From the NCBI GenBank assembly GCA_009914755.4, contig CP068257.2:43104001-43168000 (forward strand): 64,000 nt of DNA, written 5' to 3'. The stretch's first letter is position 1. The number at the start of each line of letters is the position of its first letter. Of this stretch, positions 44,180 to 57,699 are shown piece by piece. Source of the stretch: the human T2T-CHM13v2.0 reference genome, Homo sapiens. The translations under genes were made by a program, and so were the position numbers. The notes under the pieces were generated by a model. The model was given only the letters and a program-made list of their open reading frames with translations. It had not been told where the DNA came from and searched no databases.

Positions 44180-44225
44180 ATGATCAATGCCTCCCATTCA
44201 AAAAAGTTCTCTTCATTCATGGGGC
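44180..44225 (-). CDS. UBE2G2: UBE2G2 exon 3 CDS (46-nt micro-exon): (G)PMNEENFFEWEALI(M)
   Basis: Reverse complement gccccatgaatgaagagaacttttttgaatgggaggcattgatcat. Acceptor ttacag|GC, donor AT|gtaagt. Confidence 0.93.
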
Positions 44226-44319
44226 CTGTAAGGTGAGAAAAAATTTCACAACATTTTAACTTTGAAGGAACTTTGGCAATTAAAAGTAAATTATAAGGAA
44301 GTTAACTTTGGTACCTTAC

Positions 44320-44355
44320 CTGCTACAATTCCTTCCGGAGGATTCAGTGTTAATT
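44320..44355 (-). CDS. UBE2G2: UBE2G2 exon 2 CDS (36-nt micro-exon): (Q)LTLNPPEGIVA(G)
   Basis: Reverse complement aattaacactgaatcctccggaaggaattgtagcag. Acceptor ttttatag|AA, donor CAG|gtaagg. A 94-nt intron separates it from exon 3. Confidence 0.93.
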
Positions 44356-44498
44356 CTATAAAATTAATAAGTAAAACCATTACCAAACAGAATAAATGTT
44401 ACATTGTCATTTTAACAAAACACCTTTACAAAATATATAAGCCTATAAACCATAGAATATGCATATTAACAAGTGAAAATTCTGTTTGCCCAAAGTGA

Positions 44499-44848
<350 letters not shown>

Positions 44849-44974
44849 AAATAGTTCTTTATACCAACAAAACATAGACTTTTCTTTTTCTTTTTCTTTT
44901 TACAAATGCAAAAGCAAACATAAGGGGTACACTGTCTTTCCAAACTGTTCCTGCTGGTTACTTTGTTGCTTAGT

Positions 44975-45030
44975 TTTGAGACAGGGTCTCACTCTGGTTG
45001 CCCAGGCTGGAGTCCAGTGGGCAACCAGAG
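44975..45030. mobile_element. Short palindromic Alu-derived fragment
   Basis: gagacagggtctcactctggttgcccaggctggagtccagtgggcaaccagagtgagac. Confidence 0.5.
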
Positions 45031-45362
45031 TGAGACTGGGGAAATTAATAAAACAGTAAGCAAACATACAGAAAAAAAAAAATCAATGAAACCAAAAGGT
45101 GGTTCTTTGAAGAGACAGAAAATTAATAAATCCTTGCCAAATAAATATAAGGTATAAGGACTGAAAAAGAAATAAAACTCATTATTCACAGATGCTATGT
45201 CCATATATACAGGAAAGCCCAAAAGAATCTAAAGATAATTAGTAAAAGTGAGTTTGGCACAGTTGCTGAATATGAGGCATATATATATCTTTCTAAAAGA
45301 TATATAAAAATGCAAACAATCCAGAATAGCCAAGACACTATCTTTAAAAAGAATAAACAGAG

Positions 45363-45685
<323 letters not shown>

Positions 45686-46059
45686 CTATGAGTTACCAAG
45701 CCTTCCTTACAGAGCTATGGAAATTAAGGCAACGTAGCACTGGCTCAAAGTTAAATTGAACAATGGGGCACAAGAGAAAGCCCAGAAGCATACCTGTACC
45801 AACAGAGACCCTGACTCGAGGGAACACAGAGCTATGGCCCAGAGGCAAAGGGCAGTCTTTTCCATGAATGATGCTCATCTCTAAGACAAAAAAAAATCAA
45901 ACTTTCCCCATCTCACACCACATATAAAAATCAAAATAGGTAAGAAGAAAAATGGAGGCAGAGTTGAAAAGAGCCACTGTCAGAGTCAACACGAATGATG
46001 CTGTGGTCCAAACGCTTGCGTCCCCCCAAAATTCCTATGTTGAATCCTAATGTATGTGG

Positions 46060-46318
46060 TATTGGGAGGTGGGACCTTTGGGAGGAGATTAGGTCAGGAG
46101 GGCAGAACTCTCATGAATGGAGTTAGTGCCTTTATAAGAAGAAACGAGAGATTTGCCTCTGGCCATGTAAGGGCACAAGGAGAAGACAGTCATCTGCAAA
46201 CCAGGAAGACAGCCCTCACCAGACTTCCCAGCCTCCAGAATTGGGAGCAATAAATGTTTGTTGTTTAAGCTCCCTGGTCTTTGGTATTTTTTTACAGCAG
46301 CCTGAACTGACTAAAACA
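46060..46318 (+). mobile_element. MaLR (MLT1-type) LTR fragment
   Basis: ...cttcccagcctccagaattgggagcaataaatgtttgttgtttaagctccctggtctttggtattttt resembles the MLT1 3' consensus region. Confidence 0.6.
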
Positions 46319-46329
46319 GATGGCAAATA

Positions 46330-46693
46330 AGCACATGAGAAAATGCTCAACATTGTGAATCATAAGGGTAATGCAAATTAAAACCACAATAAGATACAGC
46401 TCAATAGCTTCAGCATTATCAGTATCTTTAGTCACAAAAGAATGGCCAAAATTAAAGACTTAAAGTGCTGGCAAGTTTAGCAAGTAGATCTCTCATGCAC
46501 CACTGATGGGAATGCAAAATGGTTTGGTTACCCTTTGGGAAAGAAGTTTGACCATTTCCACTAAAATTACATATATATTGACTCTAAGACCCAGCAATTC
46601 TACTGGGTCTTATGTTGCCATAGACTTTTGTGTGAATGTTCATAGTAGCTAAATTCGTAATAGCCCCAAACTGGAAACAACCCAAATGTCCAT
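46330..46693 (+). mobile_element. L1 3' fragment, truncated by the THE1 insertion
   Basis: aaatgctcaacattgtgaatcataagggtaatgcaaattaaaaccacaataagatac ... caacccaaatgtccattga. Confidence 0.75.
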
Positions 46694-48937
46694 TGATATG
46701 GTTTGGCTTTGTGTCCCCACACAAATTTCATCTTGAATTGTAATCTCCAGGTGTTGAGGGAGGAACCTAGTGGAAGGTGACTGGATCATGGGGGCAATTT
46801 CCTCCATGCTGTTCTCATGACAGTGAGTTCTCATGAGATCTGGTGGTTTTATAAGTGTTCGAAAGTTCCTCCTTCACTCTTCTTTCTTGCCACCTTGTGA
46901 AGAAGGTGCTTGCTTCCCCTTCGGCTTCTGTCATGATAAGTTTCCTGAGGCCTCCCTAGCCATGTGGAACTGTGAGTCAATTAAACCTCTTTCCTTTATA
47001 AATTATCCAGTCTCAGGGAAGTTCTTATAGGAGTGTGAAAACAGATGAATACAGTAAATTGGTACCAGGGGTACTGCTATAAAGATAACCTGAAAATGTG
47101 GAAGCAACTTCAGAACTGGGTAGCAGGCAGAGGTTGGAACAGTTTGAAGGGCTTAGAAGAAGGAAGATGTGGGAAAGTCTGGAACTTCCTAGAGACTTGC
47201 TGAATGCTTTTGACCAAAATGCTGATAGTGACATGGACAATGAAGCCCAGGCTGAGGTGGTCTGAAAAAGAGAAGAGGAACTTCTTGGGAACTGGAGCAA
47301 TGGTCACCCTTGCTATGTTTCAACAAAGAGAATGGTGAGATTTTGCCCCTGCCCTAGAGATCTGTGGAACTTTGAACTTGAGAGAGATGATCTGAAATTG
47401 GAACTCGTGTTTAAAAGAAAGCAGGGAATAAAAGTTTGAAAACTTCGCAGCATGACGGTGCAATAAAAAAGAAAAACCCATTTTCTGGAGAGAAATTCAA
47501 ATAAGTAACAAGGAGCCAAATATTAATCGCCAAGACAATGGGGTAAATGTCTCCAGAGCATGTCAGAGATCTTGGCAGCAGCCCCTCCCATCACAAGCAG
47601 GGAGGCCTAGGAGGGAAAAATGGTTTTGTGGGCCAGGCCCAGCCCCGCTGCTACTCTGTGCAGCCTTGGTACTTGGTGCCCTGTGTCCCAGCTGTTCCAG
47701 CTCCAGCCATAGCTAAAAAGGGCCAAGGTACCGCTCAGGCTGTTGCTTCAGAGAGTACAAACCCCAAGCCTTGGCAGCTTCCACGTGGTGTTGGGCCTGT
47801 GGGTGCAAAGAATTCAATAACTGACGTTTGGGAACCTTCACCTACATTTCAGAGGATGTAGGGAAACGCCTGGATGTCCAGACAGAAATCTGCTGCAGGG
47901 GCAGGGCCCTCATGGAGAACATCTGCTAGGGCATTGCAGAAGGGAAATGTGGGGTTGGAGCTCCCAGAGTCCCCACTGGGGCACTGCCTAGTGGAGCTGT
48001 GAGAAGAGGACAACCATCCTCCAGACCCCAGAACGGTAGATCCACCAAGAGCTTTGCACTGTGCACCTAGAAAAGCCAAAGACACTCAATGCCCACCATG
48101 AAAGTAGCTGAAGGGGGTGGGTGTGGGAGGGCTGTACCCTACAAAGCCACAGGGGCAGAGCTGCCCAAGACCATGAAAGCCACTCCCTGTATCAGTGTGC
48201 CCTGGATGTGAGACACGGGGTCACAAAGGAGACCATTTTGAGCTTTAAGATTTAATGACTGCCCAGCCGGATTTCGGACTTGCATGGGGGCCTGTAGCCC
48301 TTTGTTTCGGCCAATTTCTTCCATTGGTAATGGGAGTATTTATCCAATGCCTGTATTTCCATTGTATCTTGAAAGTAACTAACTTGCTTTTGATTTTACA
48401 GGCTGCTAGGCAGAGGGGACTTACCTTGTCAGAGATGAGACTTTGGACTTGGACTTTTGAGTTAATGACGAAATGAGTTAAGACTTTGGGGGCCTTGCTG
48501 GGAAGGCATGATTTGTTTTGAAATGGAATGGTTTTGAAAGGAACATGAGATTTGGGAGGGGTAGGGGGAGAAATGACATGGTTTGGCTTTGTGTCCCTAC
48601 CCGAATCTCACCTTGACTTGTAATCCCCAAAGTGTTGAGCGAGGAACCTGGTAGGAGGTGACTGGATCATGGGGGCAGTTTCCCTCATGCTGTTCTCGTG
48701 ATAGCGAGTTCTCAGGAGACATGATGGTTCTATAAGTGTGTGGCAAGTTCTTCCTTGGCTTGCTCTTCTCTCTCCTACCGCCTTGAGAAGAGGTCTGTTT
48801 CCCTTTCTGCCATGACTATAAGTTTCCTGAGGCCTCGTCAGTTATGCAGAACTGTGAGTCAACTAAACCTCTTTCCTTTATAATTACCCAGTCTCAGGTA
48901 GTATCTTTATGGCAGTATAAGAACGGACTAATGTACC
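46694..48937 (+). mobile_element. Full-length MaLR retrotransposon (THE1/MST family): 5' LTR 46694-47054, internal 47055-48573, 3' LTR 48574-48937
   Basis: Both LTRs start tga(t/c)atggtttggctttgtgtcc and end ...ctaat(a/g)tac. The internal sequence matches the THE1-int consensus as I recall it (e.g. ccaaatattaatcgccaagacaatggggtaaatgtctccagagcatgtcagag...). Confidence 0.85.
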
Positions 48938-49989
48938 GATTAACCGTTTAATGAACCCACAACCTTGGGTAGAACAAGGCCTACCCAAGGAAAAATTATT
49001 TCACTCAAAATACCACTAACACCTGCTGAGAAGCCCTGATCCAGGAAACAGAGGTCCTGAAGAGACCTAAGTGCTGTCACAAGGGTGTGCTGACACCCAG
49101 CAGTGAGAGAAGGCAGAGTGGCAAGGAGGGGCCAGCAAGGCAGGCCAAAGGCAAGTGCTGGCCCCAAGGGCCAAGTGCATTAAACATTTCAGGGGTGGGT
49201 GGGAACTGAATGTGAATGAGGTCAAGTACCAAGCCGACTAAGACCTTGGATTTCACAAGCCACACCCTGATGTTCTCCCTTTGTGTCTCTTCATGTGGAG
49301 TAGATCAGGAGAAATAACCACAGAACCTAATTTGCTAGGCTTCCTACACCCAGTCATCTAAAATCTAGTCCCATTCTTGTGTCTCAAGCCAAACCGCCTA
49401 ATTATAAGAAAAAAATAACAGATTAAGGCAGATAGACTGTAAACTGCTAAGCAGGTGGGGTGCGGGAGAAACACAATGTCAGTGGGCAACTAAGTAGAGG
49501 CCTGGCAGCAGAACACACAAAAGCTTTACAAATCACCTTCGTGGGACCATGAAGAAGAGCTCGTACCAAAGAGAGCTGGCTTTATTCTTCATCTGGAGTT
49601 CCCCTTTGGCACTCCCCTGCGTGACACCCTCCCTTAGGGAGGGGAAAGGGTGGTCTAAAAACTGCAGCTCCAGACCTGCTCCTGGCAATGCAGGCTCAGC
49701 ACAGAGACCTGCCCGGGTGTGCGCTGGCCTTCCCGCCAGCTTTGTTATTCAACAGTGGCCTCTACTGGTCAATAAAGAATTGCAGCAAATGAGTTCAGAG
49801 GCTGGAGGGAATGGTTCAGGGCACTTGATTTTTTCCATTTTGTTTTTTGCTTCCAAAGCATATACACGCGTACACAAAATAATATACAGTTTCATGTTTA
49901 CTGATAAGAAACAAGTTCAAAAAAAGAGACGAATCTTGGTATCAGGGAAATTTTCAGAGGCCATTCCTTGCCACTTAAAATAGTGGCTT

Positions 49990-50295
49990 AACAAATAGCT
50001 ACCACACAAAGTGAAATATAACCTTTGACCCAGCAATTCCATTTCTAGGAATCCATCCCACAGATAACATTGGTGAAGATAAAAAATGTATACACAGGCT
50101 ATTCATTTCAGGACTATTTGTAAAAACAAAAAGAAATTAAAAAGGACTTGAGTGTCTATCAACAGAGGACCAGTCAAATTATGATACATATACCAGTGGG
50201 GTACTTTGCAGCTATAAATACCTCTACATGCTAGTACAGAACAAACTTCAGGACATATTACATGAAAAAAAAGAAGGTGGAGAAAAGTGTGTGAC
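49990..50295 (+). mobile_element. L1 3' end fragment
   Basis: tgacccagcaattccatttctaggaatccatcccacagataacatt ... typical L1 3' region. Confidence 0.7.
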
Positions 50296-50560
50296 TAGGG
50301 CCTTTAATGAGGTAATTAAAATTAATGTGGTCATTAGGGTGGACCTTAATCCAATCTGACTAATATCCTTTTAAGAAGAGATGAGGACACAGGCATAGAG
50401 GACAGAGCCTCAGAAGAAACCAGCCCTGCCCTATCCTTGATCTTGGACTTCCAGCCTCCAGGACTATGAGGAAATACATTTCTGTTGTTTAAGCCGTGCC
50501 CAGCCTGTGTGGTAGAGCAGCCCTAGCAAACACAGTGCTGAAACAACTGCACTGCCATTT
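50296..50560 (+). mobile_element. MaLR-type LTR fragment (MLT1/MST-like)
   Basis: ggtcattagggtggaccttaatccaatctgactaatatccttttaagaag ... cttggacttccagcctccaggactatgaggaaatacatttctgttgtttaagcc. Confidence 0.6.
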
Positions 50561-50750
50561 ACAAATAATTTACAAATAAACCTTGGCCTTTATCTCATAC
50601 CATATGGAAAACTTTGATATGGATCCCAAACCTAAATACAAGAGCTGAAACTATAAAACATCTAGAAGAAATCATAGGAGAAAATCCTACTGCCACCTGA
50701 TGTTTGGCAGTTATTTCTTAAATATAACACAATAGCAAGAAATATTTTAA

Positions 50751-51096
<346 letters not shown>

Positions 51097-51247
51097 AAGA
51101 ACTAAAACTTAAGAAAATCAACACAATTTTGAAAGAAGCAAAGACTCAAGTCACTTTATCTAAAAAGACATATGGATGGCAAATAAACACGTGAAATGAT
51201 GCTCAACATCACGAGTCTTATGGAAATGCAAATGAAAACCTCAGTAA

Positions 51248-51985
<738 letters not shown>

Positions 51986-52879
51986 TTAATACACTGCTAG
52001 GGAAATGTGAACTAGAGGAAAACTGTTTGGCCGTTTCTTTAAAAATTAAACATACACTTCCCATTATAACCCTGGTTATTTACACAGGAGAAATAAAAGC
52101 ATATATCCACAGAAAGACATGTACATTTAGGACATGCACACAGGGGGAAGATGGCCATGCGAAGATGGAGGCAGAGATTAGAATTACACTACCTCAAGCA
52201 AGAGAATGACAATAAACGCCAAGGATGACCAACAATCACCATTAGCTGGAAGAGGCAAGTAAGGGTTCTCCCCTCGAGCCCTCAAGAGGAAGAATGACCC
52301 CATCAACACCTTTATTTTAGATGTCTGGCCTCCAGAACAGTAAAAGAATAAATTTCTGTTGTGCTAAGCCCCCCATGGGCAGCCCACTTCTACCTGGGTC
52401 TATCTCTGACACTCCTAGGAAAGGCTGGATGATGAATGAAGACAGAACATCAAGACAAGACAGCAGTTTACAACAATTGAGTTCTTTCCTGGCTCTCCTT
52501 TTTTCCTGTTTATGAACCTAGGCAAAATCATCTTGTCTGTTGCTCAATTCCATAAAATCTGTAAAATTAGGGGGCTTGAACAGAATCATAGCCAAGGTCC
52601 CACCACCTCTGAATTTCTGCAGTTATATGACTACTCCCAAATACAATAAAGTGTGCATGAACATCTAACCAAATTTATCTAAACCCCTTCTATGTAGAGA
52701 TTGATTCTGTCAAGTCCACCTTTACACTGGAATGTGCTACCTTAAAATACGTTATGAGGACAAACTAGATGTTAAGATACACACACAAAAAAAACCAGTA
52801 AATGATACACAAAAAAAACCCACTAAATTTTATCACATTATTAAGATACAGGAAAAACAAAGTCCCCTCAATAACACAC

Positions 52880-53430
52880 TGTATTCATCTTCTGTCACTG
52901 CTGTAACAAATTACCACAAATTTAGTGATTTAAAACAATACTCATTGATGATCTCAGAGTTTCCAAGCGTCAGAAGTCTGGACACAGCATGGGCCAGCTA
53001 GTTCTCTGCTCAGAGTCTCACCAGGGCTGCCACTCCAAGTTCATTGAGGTTGCTGACAGAATTCACTTCCACGGGTCTGTTGGTCTGGGATCATTCTCAG
53101 CTTCTTGAGGCTGCCCGCCTTCCTTAGGTCATGGCTCCTTCTTCCATCTTCACAGCCAGCCACAGAAGGTAGAGATCTTGTCATATGTTGAATCTCTCTG
53201 ACCACCCCCATCCTGCCTTCACTGACTGCTTTTGAGCCTTATGTTATTATTGGATCCTTCACGGTAATCCAGAATAATCTCCCACTCTTTAGGTCTGCTG
53301 ATTACTAACCTGACTTGCATCTCCAAAGTCCCTCCACCGAAGTACTAGAAAGTGCTTGAATAACAAGGGCATGGGAATCTTAGTGAGGTATGTTTAGAGT
53401 TCTACCTTCTACACATAGTCCAAAATTTCA
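52880..53430 (+). mobile_element. Ancient interspersed repeat (the 'ctgtaacaaattaccacaaa...' family; exact family name uncertain)
   Basis: cactgctgtaacaaattaccacaaatttagtgatttaaaacaatactcatt... is a motif common to a widespread human MER-type repeat. A shorter copy lies at ~11395-11490. Confidence 0.4.
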
Positions 53431-53702
53431 TGTTAACATGTAAAAACACACAACACACTTCCGTGACAAACCTTCGGAAATCAACCATTATTTAGGTCTT
53501 ATTACTGCAAACTAATTGACAATATAATTGAAATAACAGATGAAGCTTCTGTCAGGACAATAAAAGGGAGAACATATCTTTGCTAATGCAAATATCCTTA
53601 GAAAATGCAAGTTCAACAATGCAAAGACTGGCCTGAAGCAGCAGCCTGAACTTAATTTCCTATGCAGGGGTTTAATGATTTTCTTCTCAATAAAAATGAG
53701 AA

Positions 53703-54063
<361 letters not shown>

Positions 54064-54275
54064 CTAAAACAGAGACACAAACACAAACCAGGATACCAAG
54101 AAATGGTAGGTGTTCACACATCTGACCCACCAGCCAGGTTTCCCATGAGGACACAGAAGTAATAGTCCCCCACATCCAACCCTCTGTTCGAGTATGAACA
54201 TTGTCAGAATCAAAATGGAGTCACTTTCGCCAAACCCTGACAACATAGAGGGAGGTCAAGATGAAGACAGAAAAA

Positions 54276-54450
54276 TCAGCCAGGTGTAGGGGCACATGCC
54301 TGTAGTCTCAGCTACTCAGGTGGATTAAGTGAAAGGATAGCTTGAGCCCAGGTCAAGGCTTGCAATGAGCTGTGGTTGTGCCACTGCACTCCAACCTGGG
54401 TGACAGAGCAAGACCCTGTCTCAAAAAATAAATAAATAAATAATTATTAT
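54276..54450 (+). mobile_element. Alu right-arm fragment
   Basis: cagccaggtgtaggggcacatgcctgtagtctcagctactcagg ... tctcaaaaaataaataaataaataa. Confidence 0.8.
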
Positions 54451-54459
54451 TTGCCAAAA

Positions 54460-56537
54460 TATGCTTAATTTTTATTGCTAAAAAATGCTAACAATCATAT
54501 GAGCCTTCAGCAGGTCATAATCTTTTTGCCGGTGCAGTCTTGCCCGGATATTGATGACTGCTGACTGATCAGGGTGGTAGTTGCTGAAGGCAGGAGTGGC
54601 TGTGGTAGTTTCTGAAAATAAGACAACAATTAAGTTTGCCACAGGGACTGACTCTTACTTTCACAAAAGATTGCTCTGTAGTCTGTGATGTTGTTTGACA
54701 GCACTTTACCCACAGTGGAACTTCAGTCAAAACTGGAGTCAATACCCTCAAACCCTGCGGCTGCTTTATCAACTAAATTTATGGAATAGTCTCAATCTTT
54801 TGTCATTTCAACAATGTTCACAGCATTTTCACCAGGAGTAGATTCCATCTCAAGAATCACTTCTTTGCTCATCTGTAAGACTCAACTCCCCATCTGTTCA
54901 AGTTTGATCATGAGATTGTAGCAACTGAGTGACATCTTCAGGCTCCACCTCTAATTCCAGTTCCCTTGCCATTTCTACCACACCTGCAGTTGCTTCCTCC
55001 CCTTAAAGTCATCCATGAGCATTGAAATCAACTTTTTCAAACGCCTGTTGTTGATATGGTGACCTCCCATGAATCACAGATGTTCTTAATGCCATCTAGA
55101 ATGATAAATCCTTTCCAGAAGACTTTTGATTTTCTTTGCCCAGATCCATCAAAGAAATCACTTTTCATGGCAGCTATGGCCTTATGAAATGTATTTCTTA
55201 AATAAGTCAAAAGTGCTCCCGGATCCATGGGCTGCAGAATTGGTGTTGTGTTAGCAGGCACAAAAACATTTATCTCCTTATACCTCTCCATCAGAGCTCT
55301 TGAGTGACCAGGTGCACTGTCAGGAATAGTATTTTGAAGATAATCTTTTTTTCTGAGCAGTAGGTCTCAACAGTGGGCTTATATTCAGTAAACCATGCTG
55401 TACACAGATGTGCTGTCATCCAGGTTGTTTTTCCATCTCTAGAGCTCAGAGTAGATTTAGCATAATTTTTAAGGGCCCTAAGATTTTCTGAATGATAAAT
55501 GAGAACTGGCTTCAACTCAGTCAACTTAAAGTGACCGACATTAGCCCCTAACAAGAGTCGCCCTGTCCTTTGAAGCCAGTCATTGACTTCTCTCTAGCTG
55601 TTTACGTTGTATATGGCATCATCTCCTCCCAATACCGTATAAGGCTATTTTACGTACCTTGTAAATCTATTGCTTAATTTAGGAGCCACTTTCATCTTGA
55701 TCTTAGCTAGATCTTCTGGAGACCTTGCTGCTTCACCTTGTGCTTTTCTGTTATGGAGACAGGTTATTTACTTCAATCTCATGAACCAACCTCTGTTAGC
55801 TCCCAATTTTTCTTCTGCAGCTTCCTCACTGCTCTCAGCCTTCATAAAACTGAAGAGTTAGGACCTTGCTCTGGATTAGGCTTTGGCTTAAAGGAATGTT
55901 ATGGCTGGTTTGATCTTCTATCCAAACCACTAAAACTTTCTCCATATCAGCAGTAAGGCTTTTTCACTTTATCATTCATTGTGTTCAACAGAGCAGCACT
56001 TCTAATTTCCTTTAAGAACTTTTCCTTTGCATTCACAACTTGGCTAACAAGAGACCCAGCTTTCAGCCTATCTTGACTTTCAACATTCCTTCCTCACTAA
56101 ACTTAATCATTTCTAGCTTTTGATTTGAAGTGGGTAGAGTGCAACTCTTCACTTCAACACTTGAGCCCACTGTACAGTTACTATTGGCCTAATTTCAATG
56201 TTGTTTTGTCTCAGGGAAGAGAGAGGCCGGGAGAGAGATGGGGAAACAGCCAGTCAGTGAAGCACACACAACATTTATTAGGACTACCATCTTTTATGGG
56301 CATAGTTTGTGATGCCCCAAAATAATTACAATAGTAACATCAAAGATTACTGATCATAGATCACAGTAATAGATTAAAATGTAAGAGAGAGACACGAAGC
56401 GAGCAAAAATGGTGCCAACAGACTTGCTTCCATGCAGGGTTGCTTGTAAAAAACTTGTAAACTTGTAAAAAATGCAAGATCTGCGAAGTGAAGCTCAATA
56501 AAGCAAAGCGCGCGGGAAACTGAGGTGTGCCTTTATG
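54460..56537 (-). mobile_element. Tigger1 (pogo/Tc-mariner) DNA transposon with a decayed transposase ORF
   Basis: Minus-strand ORFs [36 protein letters not shown]...[50 protein letters not shown] and ...EMARELELEVEPEDVTQLLQSHDQT match the Tigger1 transposase. The 5' terminus (revcomp of 56400-56537) matches the Tigger1 consensus start. Confidence 0.85.
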
Positions 56538-56544
56538 TTCTGCT

Positions 56545-56930
56545 TTAGCAGACACTAGGTGGCGAGCGTTATTTGAACGTTTACAGGAGGCCCTGTGTAT
56601 CTGCGGCTGCATATCCATGGATTCGACCAACCAGGAATACAAAATATTTGAAAAAAATAACAATAAAAAATGACGATTTAAAAATACAAGTAAAAAAAAA
56701 TCAGTGTAACTATTTGTGCAGCACTTACATTGCATTAGGTACTATAAGTAACCTTGAGATGATTTAAAAGTTATGAGAGGCTATGCATACATTAAATGCA
56801 AATACCACGCCACCTTATAGTAGGGACTTGAGCATCCGAGGATTCTGGTATCTGCAGCGGGGCCTGGAACCAATCCCCTCCAGATACCAAGGGAAGAATG
56901 ACCATACGTGAGTGAGCCTGTATTTGCAAC
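56545..56930. mobile_element. Second Tigger-family terminal fragment
   Basis: acttgagcatccgaggattctggtatctgcagcggggcctggaaccaatcccctccagatacc resembles a Tigger TIR-proximal motif. Confidence 0.45.
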
Positions 56931-57699
56931 GTTTTGGTCTGCTTAAGCCAAACATCAACTCTTACTGGGCGGTGTCACCAATAGTTTTACGAAATCAAGC
57001 TACATGTATATTCACCACTTATTTTTTTTCTCACATTCATTCTTTTAGCTTAACTTTCTTCCAAAATTATCCTCAATCTAATTACAAAAGCAGCAGCTAA
57101 CTTTATTAAGGGTTACACATCAGGTATTTTGCTAAGCACTTCACCTGCAGTATCAAGTTTAACCTTTTAAGACAAGGAAACTGCAGAGACAGAGAGAGGA
57201 ACAAGGTCAAAGAGCTAACAAGCAGAGAGGCCGGGTCTGAACTCAGGCCCTGCTCTTAGCCGGCTACTATCTCGTCTCCATCGGCGACTCAGGCTCCTGG
57301 CGCTTTCAACACAATGGTATTCCAAGACTTCTCGCAGCAGTTCTTCCAAGCGGGCATTCGGTGTAAAACGATGGAATGCCGAGTGTTCCTAGGTTCTCAT
57401 TTCTCCCTTCGCTCTCCTCAGACATTAGAAATATCTAATTTACCGGGTAGGAAAGCACTCAAGAGGTTTCCTCAACACTACCTAGGAGGAGTGACAGGTG
57501 GCACTGTTCAAAAACCCTTTTCCTTCATTAGAGGGAAAGCCAAAATCTGACCTTTCAAAGCTCCACCAACGAGCCTTTCCCCTTTTAACGCATACACTTT
57601 TCCCTCCTAATTCCGCAGCAGCAAGTCAGGCCTTCTTCCTCAAGCTCTCACTGCACGTTCTCAAGGCTGCCAAGAAAAGAAAAAATAGAAGAGAAAAAA

